This document shows positions 55,301-61,399 of a stretch of DNA of 64,000 nt, in pieces. The translations under genes and the position numbers were made by a program. The notes below the pieces were generated by a model. It ran no database searches. It was not told where the DNA came from and was given only the letters and a program-made list of their open reading frames with translations. The stretch's first letter is position 1. Each line of letters begins with the position of its first letter. This DNA comes from Branchiibius sp. NY16-3462-2 (GTDB taxonomy: Bacteria > Actinomycetota > Actinomycetes > Actinomycetales > Dermatophilaceae). The stretch covers positions 21,836 through 85,835 of the forward strand of contig NZ_LVCF01000042.1 in the NCBI RefSeq assembly GCF_001594145.1, read 5' to 3'.

Positions 55301-56807
55301 CTTCCACCTGGTCTGCACGCTGGACGACCACGCTGAGGGGGCTGAGCAGCCGCGCACGGTGTACGAGGCCGACCTGACCCTTGGTGGAGACGAACCACTG
55401 CAGCGCTCGGTCGACCACATCGCCACCGGCGCACAGTGCACCGTCAGCGAGACGGATAACGCCGGCGCGACCAGCTCGTCGCTGGATCCGGCGGACGGCA
55501 CGGTCACGATCGGCTCCTCGACCGCCGAGATCGCCACGGTGACCGCGACCAACACCTTCGACGCGGGCACCTTGGCCGTCACCAAGAAGGTGTCGGGAGC
55601 AGCCGCGGATTACGCCCCAGCCTCGTTCCCGGCGGAGGTGACGTGCACGGCGGACGGCAAGACACTGCCCGGCTTCCCGCGGCAGATCACGATCACGCCG
55701 GGCGAGACGACCACTGTGGACGCCCTGGTCGGAGCCTCGTGTGTCGTGCGGGAAACAGGCCAGCATGGCGCCACCGGTGTCACCTACGACCCCGCCGACC
55801 CGGACAACCCCGACCAGAGCAAGCCGGTGGTGATCGGACCGGCTGAGCAGGACCCGGTCCAGGTGGGCATCACCAACGAGTACCGGGCCGGCGGTCTGCA
55901 GATCTTCAAGCAGGTCGACGGACCGGGCGCCCCGGAGGCATCCGTCGGACCGTTCGTCTTCTCGGTGGTGTGCACCTTCGACGGCAAGCAGGTCTATGAC
56001 CACGAGGTCACCCTCACCGGCGATGGCACCAGCACGGTGTTGAAGTCCGAGATCCTGTCGCCGTTGCCCGTCGGGGCGCAGTGCGTCGTGCGTGAGACCG
56101 GTAACGGAGGCGCGGACAGCACCCCTGCACCGGTCACCGTGACCATTCCCAATGTGGACGACTCGGGTACGGCCCAGGTTGTGGTCGCGGGCTTCACCAA
56201 CGAGTTCTCGGCCGGAACCATCGCCCTGGCCAAGGACCTGGCCGGTGATAACGCCGAGAGCGCCCGGGACAAGGTCTTCACGATCCAACTCACCTGCCAG
56301 CTGGAAACACCGGATGGTGAGCGGGTGACGCTCTTCTCCGACCCGGTGCAGATCAAGGGCGGAGAAGTGCTGACGCCGACGGACGCGGACGGCAACGAGT
56401 TGAAGCTGCCCCGCGGTACCCACTGCTTCGCAGAGGAAACCGACTCCGGGGGAGCGACCTCCGTCGAGGTCAGCAATGGTTCGTACGACGACGCGGTCGT
56501 GGTGGGTACCTCCGGGGAACTGCAGAAGCTGACGATCACCGTGACGAACACGTTCACGAAGCCGACGCCGCCTCCGACGACCCCGCCGCCGACGACGCCG
56601 CCTCCGACGACGTCACCGTCGCCGACCGGGACGCCGACCGGCACCACGTCACCGGCTCCGTCGGGCACGACCCCGCCGTCGGTCTCCACGGGTGGTCACA
56701 TCGGATCGGGTGACAACTCCTGGGCACTAGGAGTGGCCGGTATCGCGTTCCTGATCGCGGCAGGAGCCGCTGGGCTCCTGGTGTCGCGCCGACGCAAGGG
56801 GCAGTGA
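49323..56807 (+). CDS. Giant (2494 aa) sortase-anchored cell-surface protein / adhesin with multiple Ig-like repeat families
   Basis: N-terminal signal peptide (..LVVALIATMSLATAPQVAAADP). About six degenerate N-terminal modules share a (V/I)x(D/E)P...NPF...F core. There are DUF11-like segments (ITKNPKGNTYQPGVPFTYVVTVKNTGKAPIENPVIVDAMP), six tandem ~110-aa repeats and a Pro/Thr stalk. The C-terminus has a sorting-signal-like end (SVSTGG, hydrophobic helix, RRRKGQ). AAGGAAAG RBS. Confidence 0.9.
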   Translation: MAAIKRFGQATATRVIAAMALVVALIATMSLATAPQVAAADPTATMQMAKTADVGGDLTPGTEFLYTITVTCSSVAVGGCENYVLTDPLPQYIEPVGDPTVDNQPSTVTISPDNVVTVDVNQALGGGKTGLKSGDTLTVTIPVKLADDAPATINGKTITNTATSTADNATQQTASADVTPVVTSELGATTTKTIEPSGAAAKPGTTADVTLTGRNTSNTPVHELVVQDPVDPAASPNPFTYLGVTTPLGDVTMPKGADQVVVWAYVNGQWVEGEPGPPATLPAGVDPSAVQGLRYVFTDTTGDGIAAGATATIPFTVQQRANVTELTGPVTVKNDAQTTVTTTDGQSKTSDPADDTYVITPPELDAAVTKKFDPATVHAGDPSTVTIGATNSSNVPVDSLTIKEPSGATNPFEGDNPLTFAGFTGGVVWPSGATAAAITYTGPGCSDQALTTTTANTLPEPPTGCQPTGFTVTFTGTIEAGAEATLPFTVETDADQSVDSLTHNNQVSAQTGLDGATSDPATADSSLVTLADRIATSTTKRITPNDIPAVPGQDVTTSLTGTIKAFPDSTVDAQRMVVQDPEDPSVSPNFFDTFRPTSVDSTEINECSQLTVNYWNGTAWVPVPGMTDLQGPQRFSGKIPASVDAHGLQFVYTPGPGCTGFPPGTSFSPNFTSNVRPGVPNEDATVSNCAGTDGSAPTVSQPAHSQGCADVDLNHVTPGEGDLIDKSWDDPANVAERSGDERGATLRWSTGGFSNFEKVVISDVPNPQEPIQNSVFDSFDLVRIDPISAADDPLLKYDRVASVELYINGQWVEASGDPCPAACDGTFPGYTLTASERADATAFRLTYEESDTNRTGAVGTPVVGSGVARSSGDNRTIHPVFALRDVTRHTPAAPVLSTSALNTDQAGLVSNTAGADAYFPGDTTPSYSDQASDRITIVPANLQVDLAKTWEGGPLGVPAPGTAAEKYPTSEVTLAATNKSLSRLDTLTITEPTGTSNPFDTFDLIGFTTITAPAEIGATDVTITVHYAGGAPDRTFTRQEALDAPATDFEGAVGFDTVYTGRINSATDQQRGAHNTATVGFDTRLRPTHRADGTPVTAPATIANEATTTGKDLVDYPSDTKTATDKDTASIDLVPGALTVQAGKSIKPASQVEGDNSPVTVTLSGQPKGPARTVQMIVQDDAPTFWNQYDFTGFSAFSFTNPINQVQVDALTGGTWSVVGGEPVLTGATWKTGTPGTALALPAGVTAPQVQGLRFTFTRADGKNWENPSTPKQNVSFKVTRRATLNTGGPVLTDQKGNAPAPGETQAGRASDVVDVDATSSALDGDGNPIVADDTANAHIDYVHLNNAVQITKNPKGNTYQPGVPFTYVVTVKNTGKAPIENPVIVDAMPTDADGAQLVFNPDVSASNRYTYTLTPPSEADTALPTTADDVTVAQESDAQDSPTSLTFTFPDGSILQPGETYSIAFSVLTRPGLKAKTTFTNKVGITADRPWDSCSGTLDPSTGACTTTAANTIGEGAAIGVSKRVKAEDSDTLGVITDPALTKAVDCHPDAAGFYGKPCIPVTKPGGDITWRTTYVNTGNESQTRIVAIDRLPKPGDTGSTNSLARGSQWRPIPSGRPTLVSGNSIDLSVYYTTSDNVCQDDLVQANPGACPTGAWTLWAEGTTLPENVLQSITAFQFVYAPNKALIPPLGGFSVDIPQTAPALSPTAGADTVAFNTTGARAEAVRANGTVHTTLTTEPPRVGVSLATGPLQVEKVVTGPAAENAPDTFSATLHCTSVGVEVDLGDKANLTLTPNTPVTVKDLPYNADCWVTESGDGGQTSSSSTHVTVTRDEQNVPLITLTNVYENASLVVSKTVDTTATDQNGAPLTYGPFQIAVECTFLDKPVYATGYSADKPMQVTLKDGESHTFTGLSARSICTVTESDYTGASVSYETTTGEDSSATGTGTLVPDGSDGSAQNTTKVTNTFDSGSLLLTKKVEGDAASTYGAGPFTFHLVCTLDDHAEGAEQPRTVYEADLTLGGDEPLQRSVDHIATGAQCTVSETDNAGATSSSLDPADGTVTIGSSTAEIATVTATNTFDAGTLAVTKKVSGAAADYAPASFPAEVTCTADGKTLPGFPRQITITPGETTTVDALVGASCVVRETGQHGATGVTYDPADPDNPDQSKPVVIGPAEQDPVQVGITNEYRAGGLQIFKQVDGPGAPEASVGPFVFSVVCTFDGKQVYDHEVTLTGDGTSTVLKSEILSPLPVGAQCVVRETGNGGADSTPAPVTVTIPNVDDSGTAQVVVAGFTNEFSAGTIALAKDLAGDNAESARDKVFTIQLTCQLETPDGERVTLFSDPVQIKGGEVLTPTDADGNELKLPRGTHCFAEETDSGGATSVEVSNGSYDDAVVVGTSGELQKLTITVTNTFTKPTPPPTTPPPTTPPPTTSPSPTGTPTGTTSPAPSGTTPPSVSTGGHIGSGDNSWALGVAGIAFLIAAGAAGLLVSRRRKGQ
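54580..56557 (+). repeat. Six tandem ~110-aa domain repeats (DUF5979/CnaB-like) inside the adhesin gene
   Basis: Each unit starts with xxK(x)V (VEKVV, VSKTV, LTKKV, VTKKV, IFKQV, LAKDL). Each contains a Cys...Cys pair with C(x)V(x)E(T/S) (CWVTES, CTVTES, CTVSET, CVVRET, CVVRET, CFAEET). Each ends with TNx(F/Y) (TNVY, TNTF, TNTF, TNEY, TNEF, TNTF). Confidence 0.8.
56558..56678 (+). repeat. Pro/Thr-rich low-complexity stalk (PTPPPTTPPPTTPPPTTSPSPTGTPTGTTSP...) with short direct nucleotide repeats
   Basis: ccgacgccgcctccgacgac-type units repeated, read directly. Typical cell-wall-spanning linker. Confidence 0.8.
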
Positions 56808-57496
56808 GCCCGCGGCAGGGCGCCGCACGACGGCACCGCGGGGCAGTCACCCTCGCGCTGCTCGCTGTCGTGGTCGGCGCCCTCGCCGTCGCTGGCTTCA
56901 GCCTGCGGCAGTACGTCGCGGCCCCCGAGCCGACGCACAGCGGACTGACCGACATGAACGGTGCGATCGTCGTACCGGACGATCCGCCAGACGTGCAGGG
57001 GGCGCAGGTGCGCTCCACCGGGAAACGATTTGTCGCGCCGGACCAGGGCCTCGACGTACCCCTGGACTCGATGGATGTCACCGGGGGCGTGATCAACCCA
57101 CCGTCTTTCGCCACGGCGTTCCTGATCCGGCAGTACGGGCAGCCCGACGATCCGGCGTCGGGTCTGAGTGTGGTGACCATGCACGCGGTCTACGGCGGAC
57201 GCAGCCCGGGCAACTACCTGTTCTCCATGGCCCCCGATGATTCACACGCGGTGATCCGGGCTGGGGACCCGGTGCTGGTCGCAGGGGTGGGCTACACCGT
57301 CACGTCGACCATGGTCATCGACAAGGTCGCGGCCACCGACTCGCAGCGGATGTGGGGCCGGTGGAAGGAGCGGGGCAACGAACTGATGATCATCACGTGC
57401 CTGCAGCGCGCGGGCCAGGGCAGCGTGCACGCCGCGGACAACTTGGTGGTGTTCGCCCGCCGCGATCACGCCGCGGCAGGAGCGAGCGCGGGTTAG
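56804..57496 (+). CDS. Sortase (actinobacterial class E/F-like transpeptidase)
   Basis: N-terminal membrane anchor (VTLALLAVVVGALAVAGF), catalytic His (VVTMHAVYGG), TLxTC-type Cys motif (LMIITCLQ), conserved Arg (LVVFARRD). GTG start overlaps the adhesin stop (GTGA at 56804-56807). Confidence 0.85.
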   Translation: MSPRQGAARRHRGAVTLALLAVVVGALAVAGFSLRQYVAAPEPTHSGLTDMNGAIVVPDDPPDVQGAQVRSTGKRFVAPDQGLDVPLDSMDVTGGVINPPSFATAFLIRQYGQPDDPASGLSVVTMHAVYGGRSPGNYLFSMAPDDSHAVIRAGDPVLVAGVGYTVTSTMVIDKVAATDSQRMWGRWKERGNELMIITCLQRAGQGSVHAADNLVVFARRDHAAAGASAG

Positions 57497-57795
57497 AAGT
57501 GCCGACCGTGACGCGCCGCGCGACCCAGGCTCAACAGGGCGACGCCGGCGGCGAAACAGCAGGCGTACACCGCGAGGCCACCCACCAGGAGGGGGCGCAT
57601 ACGGTCAGCGACGTCGGGCGAGATTCCGGGGGTGATCGCCACGATGAGCAGCACCACTCCGGCCGGTACCAGCACCATCAGCAGGGAGAGACAGGCGGCG
57701 GTGATCGTTGCACCGATCTCCAGCGCGGCGTTCGAGGAACGCGCCGGATGGGGCATATGCGCGGTACGCGCCGATTCGCTCATCACCCGAGTCAT
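57493..57795 (-). CDS. Small membrane protein (hypothetical)
   Basis: 100-aa ORF with three hydrophobic helices. Convergent with the sortase gene, with overlapping stop codons. No homology recognised. Confidence 0.4.
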   Translation of the reverse strand: MTRVMSESARTAHMPHPARSSNAALEIGATITAACLSLLMVLVPAGVVLLIVAITPGISPDVADRMRPLLVGGLAVYACCFAAGVALLSLGRAARHGRHF

Positions 57796-57938
57796 ACCGG
57801 CAGTTTGACAGCCGCAAGGACGACCAACCCAGGGCTCACCTAGACCAAAAGGTGTAGATATGTACCCTCTTTACCAACTATTTGCCGCTAGTCCACCCGC
57901 GGTGGCGTAGAGGACCAGATACGTAGACTGTCGATCTT

Positions 57939-59213
57939 GTGAACATGCGTGGCGCCCTGGCTGACACCCGGCCTCTCGCCGTACCCGCCTACCGGCGGTT
58001 GTGGACGGCGAACATCGTCACGGTGATCGGTGCCCAGCTGACGGTGGTCGCCGTGCCCGCCCAGATCTACGCCATCACCGGGAGTTCCTTCTACGTCGGA
58101 CTCACTGGCCTGTTCGGCCTGGTGCCGCTGATCATCTTCGGGCTGTACGGCGGGGCGCTCGCGGATGTCATGGACCGACGGCAGTTGCTGATGATCACCA
58201 CGGTCGGCCTGATCGCGATGAGCGCACTGTTCTGGGTGCAGGCGGAGTTCGGCTGGTCGAACGTGTGGGTGATCCTGCTGATCTTCGCCGCGCAGCAGGC
58301 CTTTTTCGCCGTCAACCAGCCCACCCGAAGTGCCCTGCTCCCGCGGATCATCCCGCTCGACCTGCTCCCCGCCGCCAACTCCCTGAACATGACTGTGATG
58401 CAGGCCGGCGCGATCGCCGGGCCACTGGTCGGTGGGGCGCTGATCCCCGTGCTCGGCTACTCGGCGCTCTACCTGATCGACACGCTGTGCCTGTTCGCCA
58501 CGCTCTGGGCGGTCATCAAACTGCCGCCGCTGCCGCCGCTGGAGAAGGTCGGCCGGGCCGGACTGCGTTCGGTGCTGGAGGGATTCGCCTATCTACGCGG
58601 GCACACCGTGCTGTTGATGTCGTTCGTCGTCGACATCATCGCGATGGTCTTCGGGATGCCCCGGGCGCTCTTCCCGCAGATCGCGCACGAGAGTTTCGGC
58701 GGGCCGATCGACGGGGGACTGGCTTTCGCCCTGCTGTTCGCCGCCATTCCCCTGGGTGCTGTGGTCGGCGGGGTCTTCTCGGGGTGGGTGTCCCGGATCT
58801 CGCGTCAGGGGGTGGCCGTCGTGGCAGCGATCATCGTGTGGGGTGTGGCGATGACCGTGTTCGGACTGGCGGTGTGGCGGGCATCGGGCAGCATCGGTGT
58901 CGCGTTCTGGATCGCCTTCGTCGCGCTGGCGATCGGTGGCGCCGCCGACATGGCCTCCGCCGCGTTCCGCTCCACGATGCTGCAGCAGGCGGCGGCCGAT
59001 GACGTGCGCGGTCGCCTGCAGGGTGTGTTCATCGTGGTGGTCGCTGGTGGACCGCGCATCGCGGACGTGGTGCACGGCGGTGCGGCCGCCGTCGTCGGCA
59101 CAGCCGCGGCCGCAACTGGGGGTGGGGTGCTGGTGGTCGTGCTGGTTGTGGCGGTGACTCTGGCCGTGCCGGCATTCGTGCGCTATCGGGTGGCTCCCGC
59201 ACCCGCGCTCTGA
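57939..59213 (+). CDS. MFS transporter (12-TMS, EntS/MFS_3-like)
   Basis: AYRRLWTANIVTVIGAQLTVVAVPAQIY, GGALADVMDRRQLL (motif A-like), 12 hydrophobic helices. Start is GTG 57939 or ATG 57945. Confidence 0.85.
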   Translation: MNMRGALADTRPLAVPAYRRLWTANIVTVIGAQLTVVAVPAQIYAITGSSFYVGLTGLFGLVPLIIFGLYGGALADVMDRRQLLMITTVGLIAMSALFWVQAEFGWSNVWVILLIFAAQQAFFAVNQPTRSALLPRIIPLDLLPAANSLNMTVMQAGAIAGPLVGGALIPVLGYSALYLIDTLCLFATLWAVIKLPPLPPLEKVGRAGLRSVLEGFAYLRGHTVLLMSFVVDIIAMVFGMPRALFPQIAHESFGGPIDGGLAFALLFAAIPLGAVVGGVFSGWVSRISRQGVAVVAAIIVWGVAMTVFGLAVWRASGSIGVAFWIAFVALAIGGAADMASAAFRSTMLQQAAADDVRGRLQGVFIVVVAGGPRIADVVHGGAAAVVGTAAAATGGGVLVVVLVVAVTLAVPAFVRYRVAPAPAL

Positions 59214-59803
59214 GCTTCGGCGCCCACCGTCTTGACCATGACGCAGTTCTTCAGCCCCTTGGGCCGGTCGTAGGTGAACCCGAGCCGTTCGTACATCCGC
59301 CGGGTCCCGTTGTAGAGGAACGACGACGACATTTTCTTCGTCTGGTCGGTCAGGTCGTGCGGGTAGCTCTCCACCCGGCCACCGCCCGCCTGGGCGATCA
59401 GGTCGAGGGCTCCGGTGATCGCCAGCTCGCTGACGCCGTGTCGCCGATACCGTTTGTCCACGAACACACAGGTGATCCGGTAGTCCGGATCCTGCGTCTT
59501 GGTCGCGTCGTACTGCTTCTTGTGGTGCAGGGTGGGCAACTCCACCGGTGTGCCGTACTCGGCCCAGGCGATGGCCTCGTCACCGACCATGACCAACGCA
59601 GCGTGCGCAGCCCCTTGGTCGACGTAGGACTTCTTCAGCGCCCGGTTCGCCTCCGCGCCCTGACCGCGCTCGGGCCCGTCGGGGTGGAACCAGATGCACC
59701 AGCAGCCGCCGAAGATGCCGTTGTGCCGTTGGACCAGGGCGTCGAAAGCCGGCCAGGTCTGCGGGCTGAGGGCGGCGATGGTGTACGGCGCGTCAAGGGC
59801 CAT
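59183..59803 (-). CDS. GNAT-family N-acetyltransferase
   Basis: Acetyl-CoA binding segment VFVDKRYRRHGVSELAITGAL (R/Q-x-x-G-x-G/A-like) and C-terminal YERLGF. The 3' end overlaps the convergent MFS gene by 31 nt. Confidence 0.8.
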   Translation of the reverse strand: MALDAPYTIAALSPQTWPAFDALVQRHNGIFGGCWCIWFHPDGPERGQGAEANRALKKSYVDQGAAHAALVMVGDEAIAWAEYGTPVELPTLHHKKQYDATKTQDPDYRITCVFVDKRYRRHGVSELAITGALDLIAQAGGGRVESYPHDLTDQTKKMSSSFLYNGTRRMYERLGFTYDRPKGLKNCVMVKTVGAEAQSAGAGATR

Positions 59804-59845
59804 AGTCCACCGTAGCCAGGCACCGTGCCCCGCAACAGGGCGTAC

Positions 59846-60640
59846 TCAGCAGCCGTCGCCGCCGGCTTGGACGACGTTGTCACCGGTGTGGTGCAGGACT
59901 GCGCGGGCGAAGAGGAACATCACGCCGAGCCGGAACGGTGAGGAGTAGGACACGTAGTCCACACAGCCACCCTGGTGCAGACCACCGATGACCCCGGTGA
60001 TGCGAGCCGATTGCCCCGTGCCCGTGACGAAGGCCGACCCGCTGCTCCCGCCGACGTATCCGCCGCATTCGAACATGGGGTACCCGTCCTGGCGCAGTTG
60101 CCGCTGGGTACAGGTGATCGGGCGATCGCCGCTTCCCGCGTTGTAGGACGTCACGGTGGTGACGGTGCCGGGAGCGGCTTCCGCAGCGAGGCGAATACCG
60201 CCGGTGACCTGCTGGATGCCCACGTTGTGCCCGGCCCGTTTCTGCTTGGCGAGGCGAAGGATGGCGATGTCGGCCAGGGAACTCTGCTGGCTCTGCCACA
60301 GCGGCCGGACGTAGGCGGCGGTTACGTTCCACACGCCGTACGGTGCGTTGCCCTTGTCGTAACCCGGCACGAACGTCCATCCCGCCCCGGTTCCGTTCAG
60401 GCAGTGTGCGGCCGTGATGATCAGGTCCTGACTAGGACTGGCCAATACCGTTGCGGTGCAAGTGTGTTGGCCGCCTGAGTTGGGCGGGAAGAGGGCGCCG
60501 ACGGTTTCGATCGGTGCGGTCGTGTGCGATTGCGGGATGGTCGACGGCATGGCTTCGGCGCGCACCTGCGCCCCCGGGGCGGCCAGCATGAGGCTGGACA
60601 GCGCTGCACAGGCGAGCAGGGCTCGGACTCCGCGATTCAT
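59846..60640 (-). CDS. Secreted trypsin-like (S1 family) serine protease
   Basis: Signal peptide (LLACAALSSLMLAAPGAQVRAEA). Catalytic triad contexts ITAAHC (His), DIAILRL (Asp), GGSSGSAF (Ser). Start at MNRGVR (ATG 60640). Confidence 0.85.
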   Translation of the reverse strand: MNRGVRALLACAALSSLMLAAPGAQVRAEAMPSTIPQSHTTAPIETVGALFPPNSGGQHTCTATVLASPSQDLIITAAHCLNGTGAGWTFVPGYDKGNAPYGVWNVTAAYVRPLWQSQQSSLADIAILRLAKQKRAGHNVGIQQVTGGIRLAAEAAPGTVTTVTSYNAGSGDRPITCTQRQLRQDGYPMFECGGYVGGSSGSAFVTGTGQSARITGVIGGLHQGGCVDYVSYSSPFRLGVMFLFARAVLHHTGDNVVQAGGDGC

Positions 60641-60784
60641 AACAGAAGTGTATCGGGCGCGAAAGTCATTGTGGTGCAACGGCATTCACGTGTCAGTGGG
60701 CTGGGAGTGCGCTGGACGCCGTCCGGATGCGTTCTGTGTGGCGCCGTCGGGAGGTTTGCCACGTGGTGACGTGCGGGGGTTTAA

Positions 60785-60814
60785 TAGTCCGCGCGGAATA
60801 TTTGATGCGGACTA
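60785..60814. promoter_or_regulatory. Inverted repeat TAGTCCGC-N14-GCGGACTA directly upstream of the PadR gene (probable autoregulatory operator)
   Basis: Perfect 8-bp arms read directly, with an AT-rich spacer (GGAATATTTGAT). Ends 6 nt before the ATG at 60821. Confidence 0.45.
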
Positions 60815-60820
60815 ACCAGG

Positions 60821-61399
60821 ATGATCGGAGAGCTCGTGGCGGCGCTGACACCGTTGGCCATCGTGATGCTTGCGCTGCTGCGTGAGCGCCCGATGCATCC
60901 CTACGAGATGCATCAGACCTTGCTGGAGCGGCACCAGGACCGGGTGCTCAAGATCCGGCCGGGCTCGCTCTACCACACGGTCGAGCGACTGCACTCGGAC
61001 GGACTCGTCGAGGTCAAATCCGTTGAGCGCGAAGGAAATCGGCCCGAACGCACGACCTACCGCATCCTGCCGGCAGGGGAGCGCGCGCTTATCAATCGAG
61101 TGGCCGAGCTGGTGCGGGAGTGGGGACGGGACTATCCGTCCTTCCCGGTGGCAATCGGCGAAGCGCACTTCCTGCCCAAGGAAGTCGCCATCACCAGCCT
61201 GAAGGAACGACGGACCCTCATCGAACGGGACCTGGTCGTCATCGGCGATGGCCAGGTCGAAGCACTCGCCCGGAACATCGACCCGGTCGTCCTGCTCTCC
61301 GGCAACTACCTGCAGCACATGCTCAGCGCCGAGCACGAGTGGCTCACGCGCACCATCGAACTCATTGAGACTGAGGAGTACTCATGGCCGAACAACTGA
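60821..61399 (+). CDS. PadR-family transcriptional regulator
   Basis: wHTH LAIVMLALLRERPMHPYEMHQTL...RPGSLYHTVERLHSDGLVE...ERTTYRILPAGE, plus a C-terminal dimerisation domain. Confidence 0.85.
   Translation: MIGELVAALTPLAIVMLALLRERPMHPYEMHQTLLERHQDRVLKIRPGSLYHTVERLHSDGLVEVKSVEREGNRPERTTYRILPAGERALINRVAELVREWGRDYPSFPVAIGEAHFLPKEVAITSLKERRTLIERDLVVIGDGQVEALARNIDPVVLLSGNYLQHMLSAEHEWLTRTIELIETEEYSWPNN

Noticed and set aside
53127-56423. 1098-aa ORF on the minus strand inside the adhesin gene
   Set aside because: It is entirely antisense to a gene with clear domain repeats. Its translation is Arg/Gly/Val/Asp-rich with no motifs. This is a typical shadow ORF of GC-rich DNA.
56558-56700. Short tandem nucleotide repeats (ccgacgacgccgcctccgacg...) that might suggest a repeat array
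   Set aside because: They lie in frame inside the adhesin gene and encode its Pro/Thr stalk. There is no spacer/repeat periodicity of CRISPR type.
49323-56807. Search for a canonical LPXTG/LAXTG motif or a thioester (Cys...TQxA) adhesin domain
   Set aside because: Neither was found by eye. Only the divergent SVSTG candidate is reported, and no thioester-domain claim is made.
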